A DNA stretch of 64,000 nucleotides from the human T2T-CHM13v2.0 reference genome, Homo sapiens. The position numbers and the translations under genes were made by a program. The notes under the pieces were generated by a model. The model had not been told where the DNA came from. It saw only the letters and a program-made list of their open reading frames with translations, and ran no database searches. Positions 33,288 through 46,742 of the stretch are shown here, piece after piece. The stretch lies in assembly GCF_009914755.1 (NCBI RefSeq), contig NC_060931.1; one strand, given 5' to 3'. Within the stretch, counting starts at the first letter, position 1; every line of letters begins with the position of its first letter.

Positions 33288-33629
33288 TAGAAATTCTTTA
33301 AAATGGGAGTTTGAAATGGTATTACTACTCCATTCATAGATTTGTACTTGGTCTTTACAAATTTACTGCTTTTAAGATTTAGTTCAGATAAGGTTTTCCT
33401 TTTTATAGTTTGCTAAGCTCAAATGTTCACTCTTAAATTAAAAATGGTTCTGAGTTACCAATAAAAATGTATGTGTGAGTGTGTGTGTGGGTAGGTGTGC
33501 ATGTCTGTCTGTCTAGAGGAAAAAATATTATGTAAGTTTCCACAGGGATTCTCTCAACACTTGGTAGTAGAACAGAAGAAGAAAATACAGTGGTAAACAA
33601 ATAAAACTCCCACTACTGTCTTCAGCAGA

Positions 33630-33776
33630 CATCATGATAAGTACTTCACATGCATTATCACATTTAACCTTCGTATTAACCACACTTTGTAGATCAGGAT
33701 ATCTAAGCTTGGAATGAGTAAGGCACTAGCTCTCTAAGTTTTATTTGCAATAATACATGTCAAGACAGGATTTGAC
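33630..33776 (-). mobile_element. MIR
   Basis: taagtacttcacatgcattatcacatttaaccttc...gacaggatttgac. Confidence 0.6.
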
Positions 33777-36313
33777 ATGTATTCATACCTATTCGATATC
33801 TCTTCATATCTATTCGATAGGTAATCTGAAGAGATTTCCACTTGGGCTCTGACTAGATGGACACTGATTTCTAAAAGTAAATACCCAATTCCTGTGTTAG
33901 GTTCAGTAGTCTAAATATAGCCCCCATTACAAGATACAAGCACAGAGGAAAGACTCATCCCCAAACCTTGGTGCCAGAATGAAAGTAAGGATACAGACGC
34001 AAGAGTCTTCTCTGAGGAAGTGGCCCCAGAGCAAACTGTAGAGGCCATAGTAGGCAGGAATCAGGGGTCTGCTTATTAAAAGTTATTTCGTTATAATATA
34101 TTCTACAAAACGAGTGTAAGTATGGTAGATTCAAAGATCTAGTTTTGAGTTTAATTAAACTTTACTTCTTCTAGAACACAGGCCCATAACCTTAAAAAGC
34201 TTCTTATGAAGAAATGCCTCTTATCTGTGCCCAAAATGAATTGGTTTATATACCACACCTTCTAAATCGTTTGGCAAAAAGGGAGCCCTCCCTTATATAT
34301 ATTGAAATGACTCCAAACCACAAGAACCATACCATGGTAGCATCTGGGATTAATGTGATAGATGCTGCCAAGTTTTCTCCCCACAGTTCTGATACCATCT
34401 CAGCCAGAACTGTAGGTCTATGTCAAAAATGTCCCACAGAGCCTACTAATTTACTTAAGCTTTGAATCCGAGTAATTATCCATGATCAATTCATACCTAA
34501 TAGTATTTTCCCTAACATCAAGTTTAAAAAAAAAAGCTTTTCACTGAATGTCTGTAACAACAACAAAAATATGGCCATTGCCATCTTTTTCTTTACGTCA
34601 CATTCACAACCCTGTTTGCAAGCATCACCAGACCTGCAAGAGCAACCATAGATGTTTTACATTTTCACCACCCTTCTTTAAAGTAAACTTTCTCTCTAAT
34701 TCATGTCTTAAAAACATAAGGTAGATATAAACCTCATCTTTCTATTTTAGAGATTGCATACTGGCATATGTGACATGTAATTGTAGCATTGTTCATTGCA
34801 TACTGTGCATGTGGTGAATTCCATGATATCAGAACAACAGAATAGCAAAGTCCAATGTCTTCGTTATTAAATTAATTAAAATGAAATCTAAAGAGTATAA
34901 CAGGAGTTTTAGCATTACTTATGAAATACTCAAATCGGCACTATTTTGTCTATGTCTTACTCCAGCTAATCACATTGGCATATGTAACTTATACAAATGT
35001 TCACTGAAAGGCTATACACATCAACAAAATGAATGAGAAAAAGAAAACTTTCCTACAGCCTAGTATTAGATCCATATAAATTCTCTGTATGTGTAGCATA
35101 ACAAACATCCTGACTCTCATAGAGCTATTATTCTCGTTGTAAACCAGTTATAGCTAAACTCAGGCTCTGATTTATTTTTATTGATTTTAAATAAACTGAA
35201 GCTTACACTTTTAACCCAATTGAATATCCTAGAAAATAGCAGATGATCAGTAACAAAACATAAGATTTAGTGGTGATTGGTTAGGGAATTTTTACCAAAG
35301 GACTTGCTATAAACCATTATAGACCTGACTGCTGACAAACATTTACAATTAAATTTTCAGGTAGTTTTCCAATCCATGCAGTAATTCAATACCAGCATTC
35401 CCTCTGCTATTTATATCTACTTTTTCCACATGTCATTGCCTGAGCTTCTTTGTCTGTCAATCTCACATATTCATATTTTTTTTCAAACTGGCATCTCTTG
35501 ACTTGTTCCAGTTCTCTGTTCCTACACTACTGTTTTTGAATTGTTTTATGGGCATAGAGATAAGTCATTGGTGAGGTGATTTGAGTTCTTATTCAAGAGA
35601 ATGATGACAAACTTGAAAGTAAAAGATGTAGTAGATGAGCCCTGCTTGGTACTAGCCCAACATAGTCTGTATGAGTCTGAAATCTCATACAGACCATAAT
35701 AAAGCATGCATCCGTCTATCCATTCACTTGTCAATTTATCAAATACTTACAGAGTACTAGAAATCAATGTTCAAGTTAGGTATGCTACATGACATTTATT
35801 TTCAAAACAAATTGATATATAGTTAAAATATATTTTAAGGTGACCCCTAGTTCCACTCTCAAATTTTTAAAAATATTTTAATATGTGCAAATGTGAGTCC
35901 GTTACTTGTCTCTCTATATAAATCTTGCAGTTCAGAGGTTACAAAAATTTTACCTTATTTGAATTTTAATGAAGTCCTTCATGTTCTTTGAACAGTTTTT
36001 GACTTATCAAAATTGCAAATTTGTGAATCATATATTAAGTCAGTGTTCATTTGAAAACAGTCAAGCCTGCATGAAAGTAAAAGAGTAGAAATTCTGTGCA
36101 TATATGTTATATGGGGCCCCTTTGCGTGATTCCATGACAGCCAGCAGATAGGCCTAGTGGATTTTATGATAGGAGCCCTCTGAACATGACCATAGGAGAA
36201 ACTAAACGAAGTAGTGGTCATTTTGAATTACTCCAGGAAATTTGAAGAGAGATGTCCTTGGTGCCTTAAAAGTAAAACATTTTTAAAATATTCAAAAGTC
36301 ATTTAGAGAAAAA

Positions 36314-36670
36314 TATGACTATGCCAAATAGTAAGCATACTTTTCCTTAATTAATAATCAAAAACATCTCTTATGGTTTTGAAGAATTTTCAGCATCATG
36401 CAACCACCTAATAAATGTGCACAGGTACCCCGTTTCTAATTTAAGCATTGAAACTAATATCTATATCTATCTAAATAGATATAGATATTGACTATGACTA
36501 TGTCAAATAGTAAGCATACTTTTCCTTAATTAATAGTCAAAAACATCTCTTACGATTTTGAAGAATTTTCAGCATCACACAACCATGTAACAAACATATA
36601 CATGTACCCCCTATATCTAATGTAAACATTCAAACTAATATCTATATCTATATCAATTCAATATCAATAT
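36314..36670. repeat. Tandem duplication, 179-bp period, two diverged copies
   Basis: tatgactatg(c/t)caaatagtaagcatacttttccttaattaata at 36314 and 36493. Confidence 0.95.
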
Positions 36671-37523
36671 AGTTTACAAATATCTTCTGTCATTCTATAG
36701 GTGTCTGTTTGCTCTGTGGATACTTGGGTTTTTTTTTTTTTTCTGCAGAAGCTCTTAAGTTTAATTAGGTCCCATTTGTTTATTTTTATTTTTGTTGCAG
36801 TTGCTTTTGGGGACTTAGCCAAAAATTCTTTGTCAAGACTGATGTTGAGAAGAGTATTTTCTATGTTGTCTTATAGGATTTTTGTAGTTTCAGGTGTTAC
36901 ATTTAAATCTTTGATTGATTTTGAGTTAATTTTTGTAAATAGTGAAAAGTAGGTGTCCAGTTTTATTCTTCTGAATATGGCTAGCCAGATATCCCAGAGC
37001 TATTTATTGAATAGGGAGTTCTTTTCCCATGCTTATTTTTGTTGACTTTGTTGAAGATCACATGGTTGTAGGCGTGCAGCATTATTTCTGAGTTTTCTAT
37101 TCTGTTCTATTGTTCTACGTGTCTGTTTTTATATCAGTACCATGCTGTTTTGGTTACTGTAGCCCTGTAGTGTAGTTTGAAGTTTGGTAGTGTGATGCCT
37201 CTAGCTTTGTTCCTTTTCCTTAGGATTACTTTGGCTATTCAGGCTCTTTTTTTGGTTCCATATGAATTTTAGAATTTTTTTTCTAATTCTGTCAAGAATG
37301 ATGTTGGTAATTGATAGGAATAGTGTTGAATCTATAGATTGGTTTGGGCAGTTTAGCTATGTTTAGGATATCAATTCTCCCAAACTGTGAGCATGGAATA
37401 TTTTCCCATTTGTTTGTGTCATCTCCCGATTTCTTTCAGCGGTGTTTTGTAGTTCTCCTTGTACAAATCTTTCACCTTCTGTATTCATAGGTATTTCATT
37501 TTCTTTGTAGCTACTGTAAATGG
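36670..37523 (-). mobile_element. Inverted 5' segment of old L1P (L1PB4/L1PA16-17-like), ORF2 mid-region
   Basis: Antisense ORF2 (gcagaagctcttaagtttaattaggtcccatttg; cagtaccatgctgttttggttactgtagcc). Confidence 0.9.
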
Positions 37524-38295
37524 CCAAATAATATGCAAAAGTGCTCAGCATCACTAATCATCAAATAACTGAAAATCAAAACCATAGTGAGATGCCTTCT
37601 TACACCAGGCAGAATGGCAATTATCAAAAAGTCAAAAGAACAACAGATGCTGGCAAGGTTGTGGAGAAAGAGAATGCTTATACATTGTTGGTGGGAATGT
37701 AAATCAGTCCATCCACTATGGAAATAAGCCTGGAGACTTCTCAAAGCTCTTAAAACAGAGCTACCATTCAACCCAGCAATACAATTAATTACTGGATGTA
37801 TACCCAAAGTAAAATAAATCACTCACTAAAGAAAAAATAAGCACCCATATGTTCATTGTTACGCTATTCACAAAAGCAGAGACATGAAATCAACCCAGAT
37901 GCCCATCAGTGGTAGTTTGGACAAAGAAAATATAGTACCATGTACATCATGAAATACGACACAGCCATAAAAATGAATGAAATCATGTCTTTTGCAACAT
38001 GGATGTAGCTAGAGGCCATAGTCCTAAGCAAATTAACACAGCAACAGAAAACTAAATCCCACATGTCCTCACTTATAAATAGGAGCTAAGCATTGCACAC
38101 ACATGGACATACAGACACTGGGGACTACTAGAGCGAGAAGGGAGGGAAGTGGGTGTGGGTTGAAAAATTACCTATTGGATACTATGCTCTCTACCTGGGT
38201 GGTGGGATCCATTCCCCAAAGCTCAACATCATGTAATATTCCCATGTAACAAACCTGCCACATGTACCCCCTGTATCTAATGTAAACATTGAAAG
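37518..38295 (+). mobile_element. Sense 3' segment of the same L1P (ORF2 end plus 3'UTR)
   Basis: tgctcagcatcactaatcatc...gttgaaaaattacctattgg...aaacctgccacatgtacccc. Confidence 0.9.
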
Positions 38296-41159
38296 TAATC
38301 TCTCTATATATAAATATAAACTGATACATATATATATGAAAAAGAATGTATCACGCAAATTCTTAGAAACTTGGTAATAGATTGTAGCTCATAAGTAGAT
38401 TTGTCACAGGATTTGGGGAAAATTGAATTATACAAAGATAATTTCAGATAAATGTTTATGAGATAAAAATTATAAATATGCTTAAATAGGAATGGGCAGG
38501 TAGGAAGGGAGAATTGATACTGTATATATTTAACTTAGTTAAGATAGAAGATAACAGCCTACCAGTTACTTTCTTAAAGACACTGCCCCAAAGTTCTACA
38601 AAAACTTCTGGGCCTCATGATGAAGGGTTCTAGAGGGAATCAAGTATTCTGACTTCTAAAACCTCAGGGTATTTATAGCTAGACACTTATGAGGTATTAT
38701 AGTTGGCTGACCTCAGGAAGAAAATGTAGTAGAGTGTTTTTAAAAACAAAGAGCATCTAAGGAAAAATAGATAAAGTTATTAAGAAGTTGGAGATATTTT
38801 TATAGTAAAAGAGACTGAGTAAGTATATGTCAAAATAATCCATCATAATGAACCACATGAGTATGTTGAATGGGAATTTCACCAAACTCTACAATACCAA
38901 TGTTTTGGGGCCTCTTGGATCTCTTTTAGGGCCAAGCAAATCAAAGTATTTATTGCTTGTTTTTACGTAGTACAATTTGAAACTTATTCAGGATTATGGC
39001 CTAACTTATGAGTATAAGAAACAAAGGAATTTAAACAAAGTTATGAATAAGGAATGAGTAATTATTTATTATGGTTACAAAGAAAAAGTTGACCTTATTG
39101 AGAACCAAAGGACTTGGTCTGGTTTATCTTCTTTTCTTATACTTTTCCTGAGAAAGATGAGACTGAAACTCAGGTTACTGATAGATCAGTAGTCCACACC
39201 ACATTTGTGGTTTTAAGTTAGCATCATCCTGATTCATGTGCTCTATGCTGCTAGTTATTTCTAGAACATTACCCCTTGTATTCAGACCTGATGGAGTAGA
39301 GAGTTCTGCTTAATATGGTCAAAGGGAGTAAAATGTGAATAGCAGTGACAAATCTGGATACATCTTGGTTTGTGTGCTTTTTAAATTGATCTCCCTAAAT
39401 TCCCTTTCCTTGTAAATGAACTAACACAACACCACGTTTAGCATGATATATTGGTGACTTGGTTAAATTTTGCCCTTCTCTCCATTTACAAAATTAAGTT
39501 ATATTTTGTGAAAGTGGTGCTTCAGTAGCGTATTATATGGTAAAGGCTTGTTACATCTAGATCCTTACATCACTATTTCAAAATTATGTTATAGGGAAAG
39601 TTTTTCTCTCATTAGAAACAAGAAATAAAGGCCTTAAAATCCTTTTTAAACATATTCTGCTGTTTTCTGTGCTATGGTGACCAATTTAAAATGTATCGCA
39701 AGTAATAAGGCATCATTTTTTTTCTGCGTAAAACATACCAGGAAAATGGACACCAACTCAAAATTTTTCTTTTGTGAATAGTGACTTGTTCCTTTTCTAG
39801 ACAACTTTCCAGTAGTGGTTTTGTTTTTGTTGTTTAAATGGCAGACTTTAACTCTTTAAAAATTTAATTGGAGTGCAGGCTTTTTGTAAAAGTAGGTTAT
39901 TTATAAAGTTCTGTGAGTCCTGAACATCACAGACACAATGTGGTAACATATTATTTCTGGAAATATAATAGAGGGAATCTAGTTCATCACTAGTTTGCTT
40001 ATTTGATTAGAAATACTGTGTGTTACGCTTGGTCAAGTTACTTTGGATCAGTTACTTTTAACATGGTATTTACCTGGCAACTACACACTATTCTGAACCT
40101 GCCATATGTTCAAGGCACAAAGTTGAACAAATGGAGAACTAAATGAGAAGGTGTTGATAATTTTAGAAGAGATATTTGAGGAAAAAAAAAAAAAACTCAG
40201 CTCTGGAGCCAGGAGTATTTTGTAAATATATGAGGGAGATTGACTGTTATTATTTTTAAGTATCATTCTAAAGAGAAACTCTTTGAAAGTGTGTGTGTTT
40301 TAAAAATTTAATTTGTGAATTGAAATTTTTGTAAGTATACATTTAAACACAAATCTGTACACATGTTATTATTCCTGTTTTTTCAGAAATAAATATATAG
40401 TAAATTTTTATTGGAATATCAGAAGAAAAACTTAACACAACTGTCTTAATATAGGTTACCGCAGCAATTTACCAATTGTTAACTAATGAGTTGCATAAAA
40501 GCTTGTTAGTTGTTCACACGAGACATAGTGCTTATTTTTCAGCCATTACATCCTGATCATTCTGACTATTGCTAAATTCTGTTGTGTACTCCTAGTAATC
40601 TTTATATTCAGATTGGAACCAACCGTCTGCTTCTTTCTATAATATTTGCCACAGAGTAATTTCTTGCTCTTAAACCTTGGACTTTAGGGGGCAGTGACTA
40701 ATAGAGACACATTTGAGAGACACTTGGTCACTTACAATCTAGCTTTTCATCTTTGTTAAACTTGAATTCAAGACAGCTAGAAAAGGTTGGTAACCAAAAG
40801 AAGATTTTGTTATTTTAACTTTTATCATTGCCTGCCTCAAACTAATAAAGGGCCACTTAGACACTTGCCAAGGGTAATTAATTTTTCTTCTTTCCCCTGT
40901 CCCCCTCTTCCTCCTCTGTTGTAACTGGAAGCTTGCAATCCAATTACATTTTTAAAGAGTTAAAGTCTACCATGTAAAAAACAAAAACAAAATCACTACT
41001 GGAAAGTTGTCTAGAAAAGCAACAAGTCCATATTCACAAAAGAAAAATTTTAAGTTGGTGTCCACTTTCCTAGTCTCTTTTATTCAGAAAAAAAAGATGC
41101 CTTATTACTTATGATACATTTTAAATTGTCACCATGACGCAGAAAACAGAATTTGATTT

Positions 41160-41427
41160 TATATATATATGCACACACACATAGACACATGTATATACAC
41201 ATATACATGTAAATATATGTATATATACATATACATTCATATATACATATATAAACATATATACATGTATACATATGTATATGCATATGTGTGTATACGT
41301 ATATACATGTGTGTACATATATACATATGTGTGTGCATATATACATATGTGCATGTATATACATATACACGTATATATGTGTATGTATGTATACGTATAT
41401 ATATACGTATACATACATACACATGCA
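41160..41427. repeat. Compound (TA/CA/TG)n alternating purine-pyrimidine tract
   Basis: About 270 bp of tatacatatgtg-type units. Confidence 0.95.
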
Positions 41428-42402
41428 CAACCGTATATTACCTTTTGATATCAAGGATCTTAGACCCAACAGTGGGAAATTGCTCTAAAGAGTTGACAGT
41501 GATCATTAAAGAATCATTGTAGACATTAGTCAGTCTCCCAATAAACAGTAAAATGCTGATGAAACACTTAACTCCCAGTATTCTCGAGCTCTGGATAATG
41601 AATGTGGTTTAAAATTAATTTAACCAGATCTAATAACAAAAACTAAAACCCTCTAAAGTATTTCATGTCTTGTGGATAAATCTCTTATGTGTTGCTAGAA
41701 ACAACCTTTTATTCCAAATCTAATTTTCTTTCCAACTCTGAGGATATGTTGATATAGATTATTTTAACTCAACAAGTTTGAGGTAGTACACTAACCTGAG
41801 TCATTATGTGTATATAAAATTGCAATCATCCCATTTCCTTTTGGAGTTTTATAGATAAGCTTCTTACTTGCCCTCCTGCCCCCTCATGTACATATTTTAA
41901 ATTATCTGTATACATTTTTAAAAGTTATTATAAATAATTATATAGAGAAGTAATTTGGTTATATTTTAATTTATTTTTTCAAAAGCTCAAAGTACATTTA
42001 AATCTATACTTAAACCTAGCCAGTCCTGAGAAACAACTTTGAGTCACAATAAATAAGAGTTTAAGAAATAATAAGGATCAGTTCCGAATTACAGTGACAA
42101 ACTAATAAATTTTCCCCAAAGCGTAATAGGTTAAAATAGCTTCTGCTAGAGGAGTGGGACAAGTAAAGACTCTCCACTCAGAACAACCAATGTGTTCCTA
42201 AATAGTTCTTTTCTCATTAATTGACATTAATGTGGACTTAATCACTCTTCTCTACTGACTCTCTGCACTTAGAGTCCTGCTTCTCTACCTTTATTGAAGG
42301 TAGGATCAAGTCACCTCTAGGAAATTCCCCCAGAGTATTTAATTCCCTGGCTCAAGTAAATGTTACTATTACTGTTCGTTGCAGATGATCTCATATGGAA
42401 AC

Positions 42403-42447
<45 letters not shown>

Positions 42448-42468
42448 ATATCTATCTATCTAATCTAT
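42403..42468. repeat. (TCTA)n / GATA tetranucleotide STR
   Basis: Run of tcta with one tata interruption. Confidence 0.97.
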
Positions 42469-43769
42469 AATGGTTAGAAGTTGTAACCCGGTAAATAGAA
42501 AGGCCTGATTTATAGCACTATCAGCCCCCTTATCTGAGACATTTTCTGTTGACATTGATGTATAATCAGGAAAATGTTCCAGACCTGCTTTAAAAAGAGG
42601 GGGGCACTATGGCTTGTGTTCTGATTTTAACTTAATCACCATTGATTACTCTTCTTTCTTAGTTACTATTCCTCCTAGTTGGCAGGGTCCCAGAACTACA
42701 TGCAGTACTCTAGAAATTAAATCCTATTAGTACTCAATATAACAGGAGGATCGAGAGAGAGGGATTGTCTTGTATTTCCTACTTGTTGTGCTACTATTTA
42801 TGCATTGTGATATCATGCATGCTTGAACTAGTGATTGAGGAGAAAATAGTTCTAATAGGAATTGGCAGTTAGCCCAGAAGTCCTACTCAATGCCTTGAGC
42901 AATATTAACATCCTCTCAGTGTTATGGAGGCTTGTAAAGACTGACGTTAGGATTTATTTTTCATAATTAAATGATATATTCTTTGTTTTCTTTTTAAATT
43001 TAAAGATAGCAGTTTGCTCAATTGTTATGCCAAATTGGATTTTCAACTGAAGGTAATTTGAGATTTTTTAAATCAATTTGACCCTTTCTGCTTTGGCATT
43101 AAAACTGCATATTATTTTATATGTTTTATATAATACAAGAATGACAACAAGGTATGTCTTTATCACGAAGAAAAAAAGAATACACCAACATTCTCAGTAG
43201 TTTGTTTCTTTCCCTTTCATTTCCATCTTTTGGAAAATTTTACTGCTTTTTTGGTTCTCCATCACACCTACTCTTACCTTGCTCTATGCAATGAACACAT
43301 GTAGATATAAATATTTTTATGTGTTTTTACTGCACAGCACACATGCTCAATTTGGAACATAAGCTTAAATGTCAATTTATGAAATAAGAGTTAAAAAAGA
43401 AAGGTAAAACAATTGAATTAACTTGACTGTTGTCTAATCAATATGTACTAATAGACAAAACAATGGAGACATGGTTTTAATGTTGCCACTCACATTTAAT
43501 AATTGTAAACTTTATGATAGAAGAGAATCCTAAAATTTCTAGACTGAAATTACTTGTCAAATCTTTCTCCCAAGTTTGCCCTTTCACCCTATGATTTTAT
43601 AAAATATACTGTGTTATACAAGGTTTAGCTGATAGGCTTCTGAAGCCACAGAATTCTTCAGGATGGAAATTGCACTTCATGGAGTAAATGGAAGCTATGT
43701 AAATAGTACATCTCCTTCCGCAAGTTAGTTTTCATTTATTCCTGTTTCTTTTCTTTTTTTTTCCAGTCA

Positions 43770-44430
43770 GTGAGGTTCGTTGAAGTCATCCTGTATTTCT
43801 TTCTCACTTACTCCACCTCATTGAAAAAACATCACCAGACTAAAATTTCTGTCAGAATATCTACTTTCACCCTTTCTTTTCACTTGCATTGCCACACCCT
43901 TTATTTCCTTAGATCTGGATTATTGCATGGTTGGTCTCCATGCTTCCAAGGTTTTTCCTTCCTACTCTTCAATCTTGCATATCCTCCTGTATCAACTTAT
44001 ACTATCATAACATTAAATACCTTGCTCAAAATCTCACAACCAATCTCAAGATTTTAAGCTTCTAAATATTGTGCTCAGTTCTACTTGGTATCTCTGAAAT
44101 AAAATTTGCCTCAGGAAGTTTGAATATGCTAGTACCCAATGTCAGGTATTCTCTCTCTTCATTCATATATCCCAACTCAAGATGCATAATTACTCTGAAT
44201 CCTGACTCTTTCAACTGGATGACATCTTTCCTTTCTCAAGCTTATCTGATATTTGATGTTGCTATCATTTTTTGGCATTTAATGATACTGACGTTTTTTA
44301 AAAAGGTTAATATTGGTATCTTTCCTCTTTAACAAACTCTATAAAGTCTTTGACATCAAAGACTGTGTCCAAAGGGTGCTTAACATGTGTTGTACACATA
44401 ATAGTTGTTCAACAAATACTTTGAAGATTA
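43770..44430 (+). mobile_element. L2 relic
   Basis: gaagtcatcctgtatttctttctc; tctggattattgca; acacataatagttgttcaacaaatactttg. Confidence 0.7.
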
Positions 44431-46269
44431 ATGGACAATTAATAATTATGATTATAATAAATGGGACATTTTAGTGTAATTAAATTAGATGTGCATTTTA
44501 AAGAATAATAAAGCAGTCCTGGAACATCCTCTCCTTATTATAATTAAATTTGAATTTACTGGTCTACTTCTTCTAGTACTATAAGACATGAGAGCATTTT
44601 AAATTCCTACTCAATTAAGCTTTAAATGTACTTTACAATTGACAGATATAAATCACATTGGAATAAAATATCCTTCTTAATGTTATATGAAGTCAGAATT
44701 CCCTATAATATAAATCTTGGGTAACAATTTCTTTTGCAGGGGGAAACACCCCCATTTTCAAAACGATCTTTTAAAGTAATTTTGATAAAACTTATCAAAG
44801 GTTGCCGATTTGTATCTTTTTAGTTGCAGTGACATTTTTTAAGTGTAGATTAGAATTCTCTGTGATAATCTAATTGTGCTCTATTGACCTCAAAAAGCAA
44901 GAGAATTTGTGTATTTGTGTATGTGTATTTTGACTTCTTGAATTTTTGAATATATCTTTCAAACTCAGTTTCTACTACAAAACAGGAAGCTAAAACAAAG
45001 TTATCTTAACCTTTTAGTGCATGATAATATTGATGTTACTATTTTGGTGTACAATCCAGTGGTCAAATGGCCAGTATATCCTGTACACAAGGGGCTCACT
45101 AACAGGGTTTGCCAAGAACAAATAAAAATCTTCTTGATTTCTATAAACTGTAGTGTATTCGGTATGTATGAGAATAAAATGACTTTTAAACATTTCTTTC
45201 AGAGCGGTAATAATAATGACATTGATTGTTCACATTTCTGGAAATAAAATGGTCATTTATTCTAAAATTAATATAGAAGGTCTTTTTCATTTATTGTTAA
45301 TTTTTGCATAAGAAATCATATCCTGAATTGCACCTGACTAACCCTTACCATTGTCATTAACCAACAGCCATCATAGATAAGAATATTTTGTGCCTTTAAA
45401 ATGTACGTTTTAGATATCACAAGTTGCATTAACAGAAAAATAACAAAATCATTATCTATTCTACATCAGAAGGAAGTTAGCTATAAAGAATAGCTTTTTG
45501 GGTTATTTTTTAATTGTACAGAATTTTCCAGTTTTTTTAAAATTGGTATTGGTTGGAACATTATCAATGTTAAGGTACTATGTACTCTGGATTTAAATAA
45601 ATATGTAGTTTTTATGAAGAGAAGTTGGTAATTTTTACTTGAAAAAATCTGTTTGAAATATATGAATTTATGCATAGCTGAGAATCCTGTAATAATAAAT
45701 ATCATTAGTACTAGATTTTGTTAACATTATAAAATATATATGCTTTGCCCCAAATGCTGAATTTATAAACTTTGAAATGAAAGCATTGCTTTTGCTAAAA
45801 ATGCTTTACAATTTGGTCTCAATTAATCTCAGGTTTTTCTGAAAATAATGTTTTAGAAAATTTTTTTATTAAAAACCTCACCTACGTATGGTTTAAAGTA
45901 ACCCATATCAATCTAATTCTCAACCTGAATAATTGTAAGCATAAAACTTCATATTGCTATATTTTCTTAGAACTTCAGTGGTAGAATTTGAAATACTAAG
46001 AACATTCAGCATAGTTTTAGAAATACTAATATTATGTTTTATTGTTTTAGAGGTCTTAAATTTTTTTTAAATAGTTTATAAAAGTTAATCGGTGTGAACA
46101 GATACTTATTTCTGAACTTTTAAGCAAACATATAATCTGAATATTTAGGTGAGGTATTTCAGGTAAATGTTTAAATCTGTACATTTAGGTATCCTTGAAA
46201 ATTAAGTTGAAATCTAGACAATATTACACTTGCTGTGTAGTATTGATGAAAATAGTAATAATCATGCTA

Positions 46270-46570
46270 ATAACAATAAGAAGAATAAGGAGGAGGATAA
46301 TATCTAATATGTATTGAACACCCTACATTTTTGGGATTATTCTGAGTACTTTACATGTACTCACTTATTTAATCATCTCATAACCCTTTGAGATGAGTAC
46401 TGTTCACTTACAAAATTTACAGAAATAGGTAATGAACTATGAAGATGGAAATAAGTAATGATGTGTATAACTGATAAATAAATTTTCCAAGTTGAGAAAG
46501 CTAATAAGTGGTGGAGCTGTAATACAAACATGTATGGTATAACTTCAGAGCCCTAATCTTACCCTTTACA
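46270..46570 (-). mobile_element. MIR
   Basis: tattgaacacc..gagtactttacatgtac..atttaatcatctcataaccctttgagatg; agctaataagtggtggagctg. Confidence 0.75.
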
Positions 46571-46742
46571 CGGAAGTCCTAAAGACATAGTCTCCTCATT
46601 TGCAAAATGGAGTCAATACTACTACAATAACTCTTGCTGCCATGGCTCCTGCTACTACTTTTCATGAGATAGCAATGTAGAATTAATAATAAAACATATT
46701 TTGAACCATACAAATGTAAACGGACCCTTTATCAAACATGTC

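Noticed and set aside
33893-34070. Possible LTR16/LTR33-type ERVL fragment
   Set aside because: Similarity too weak to call by eye; needs a Dfam HMM search
41080-41522. Tyr/Ile/His/Met-rich overlapping ORFs
   Set aside because: Translation artefacts of the RY microsatellite
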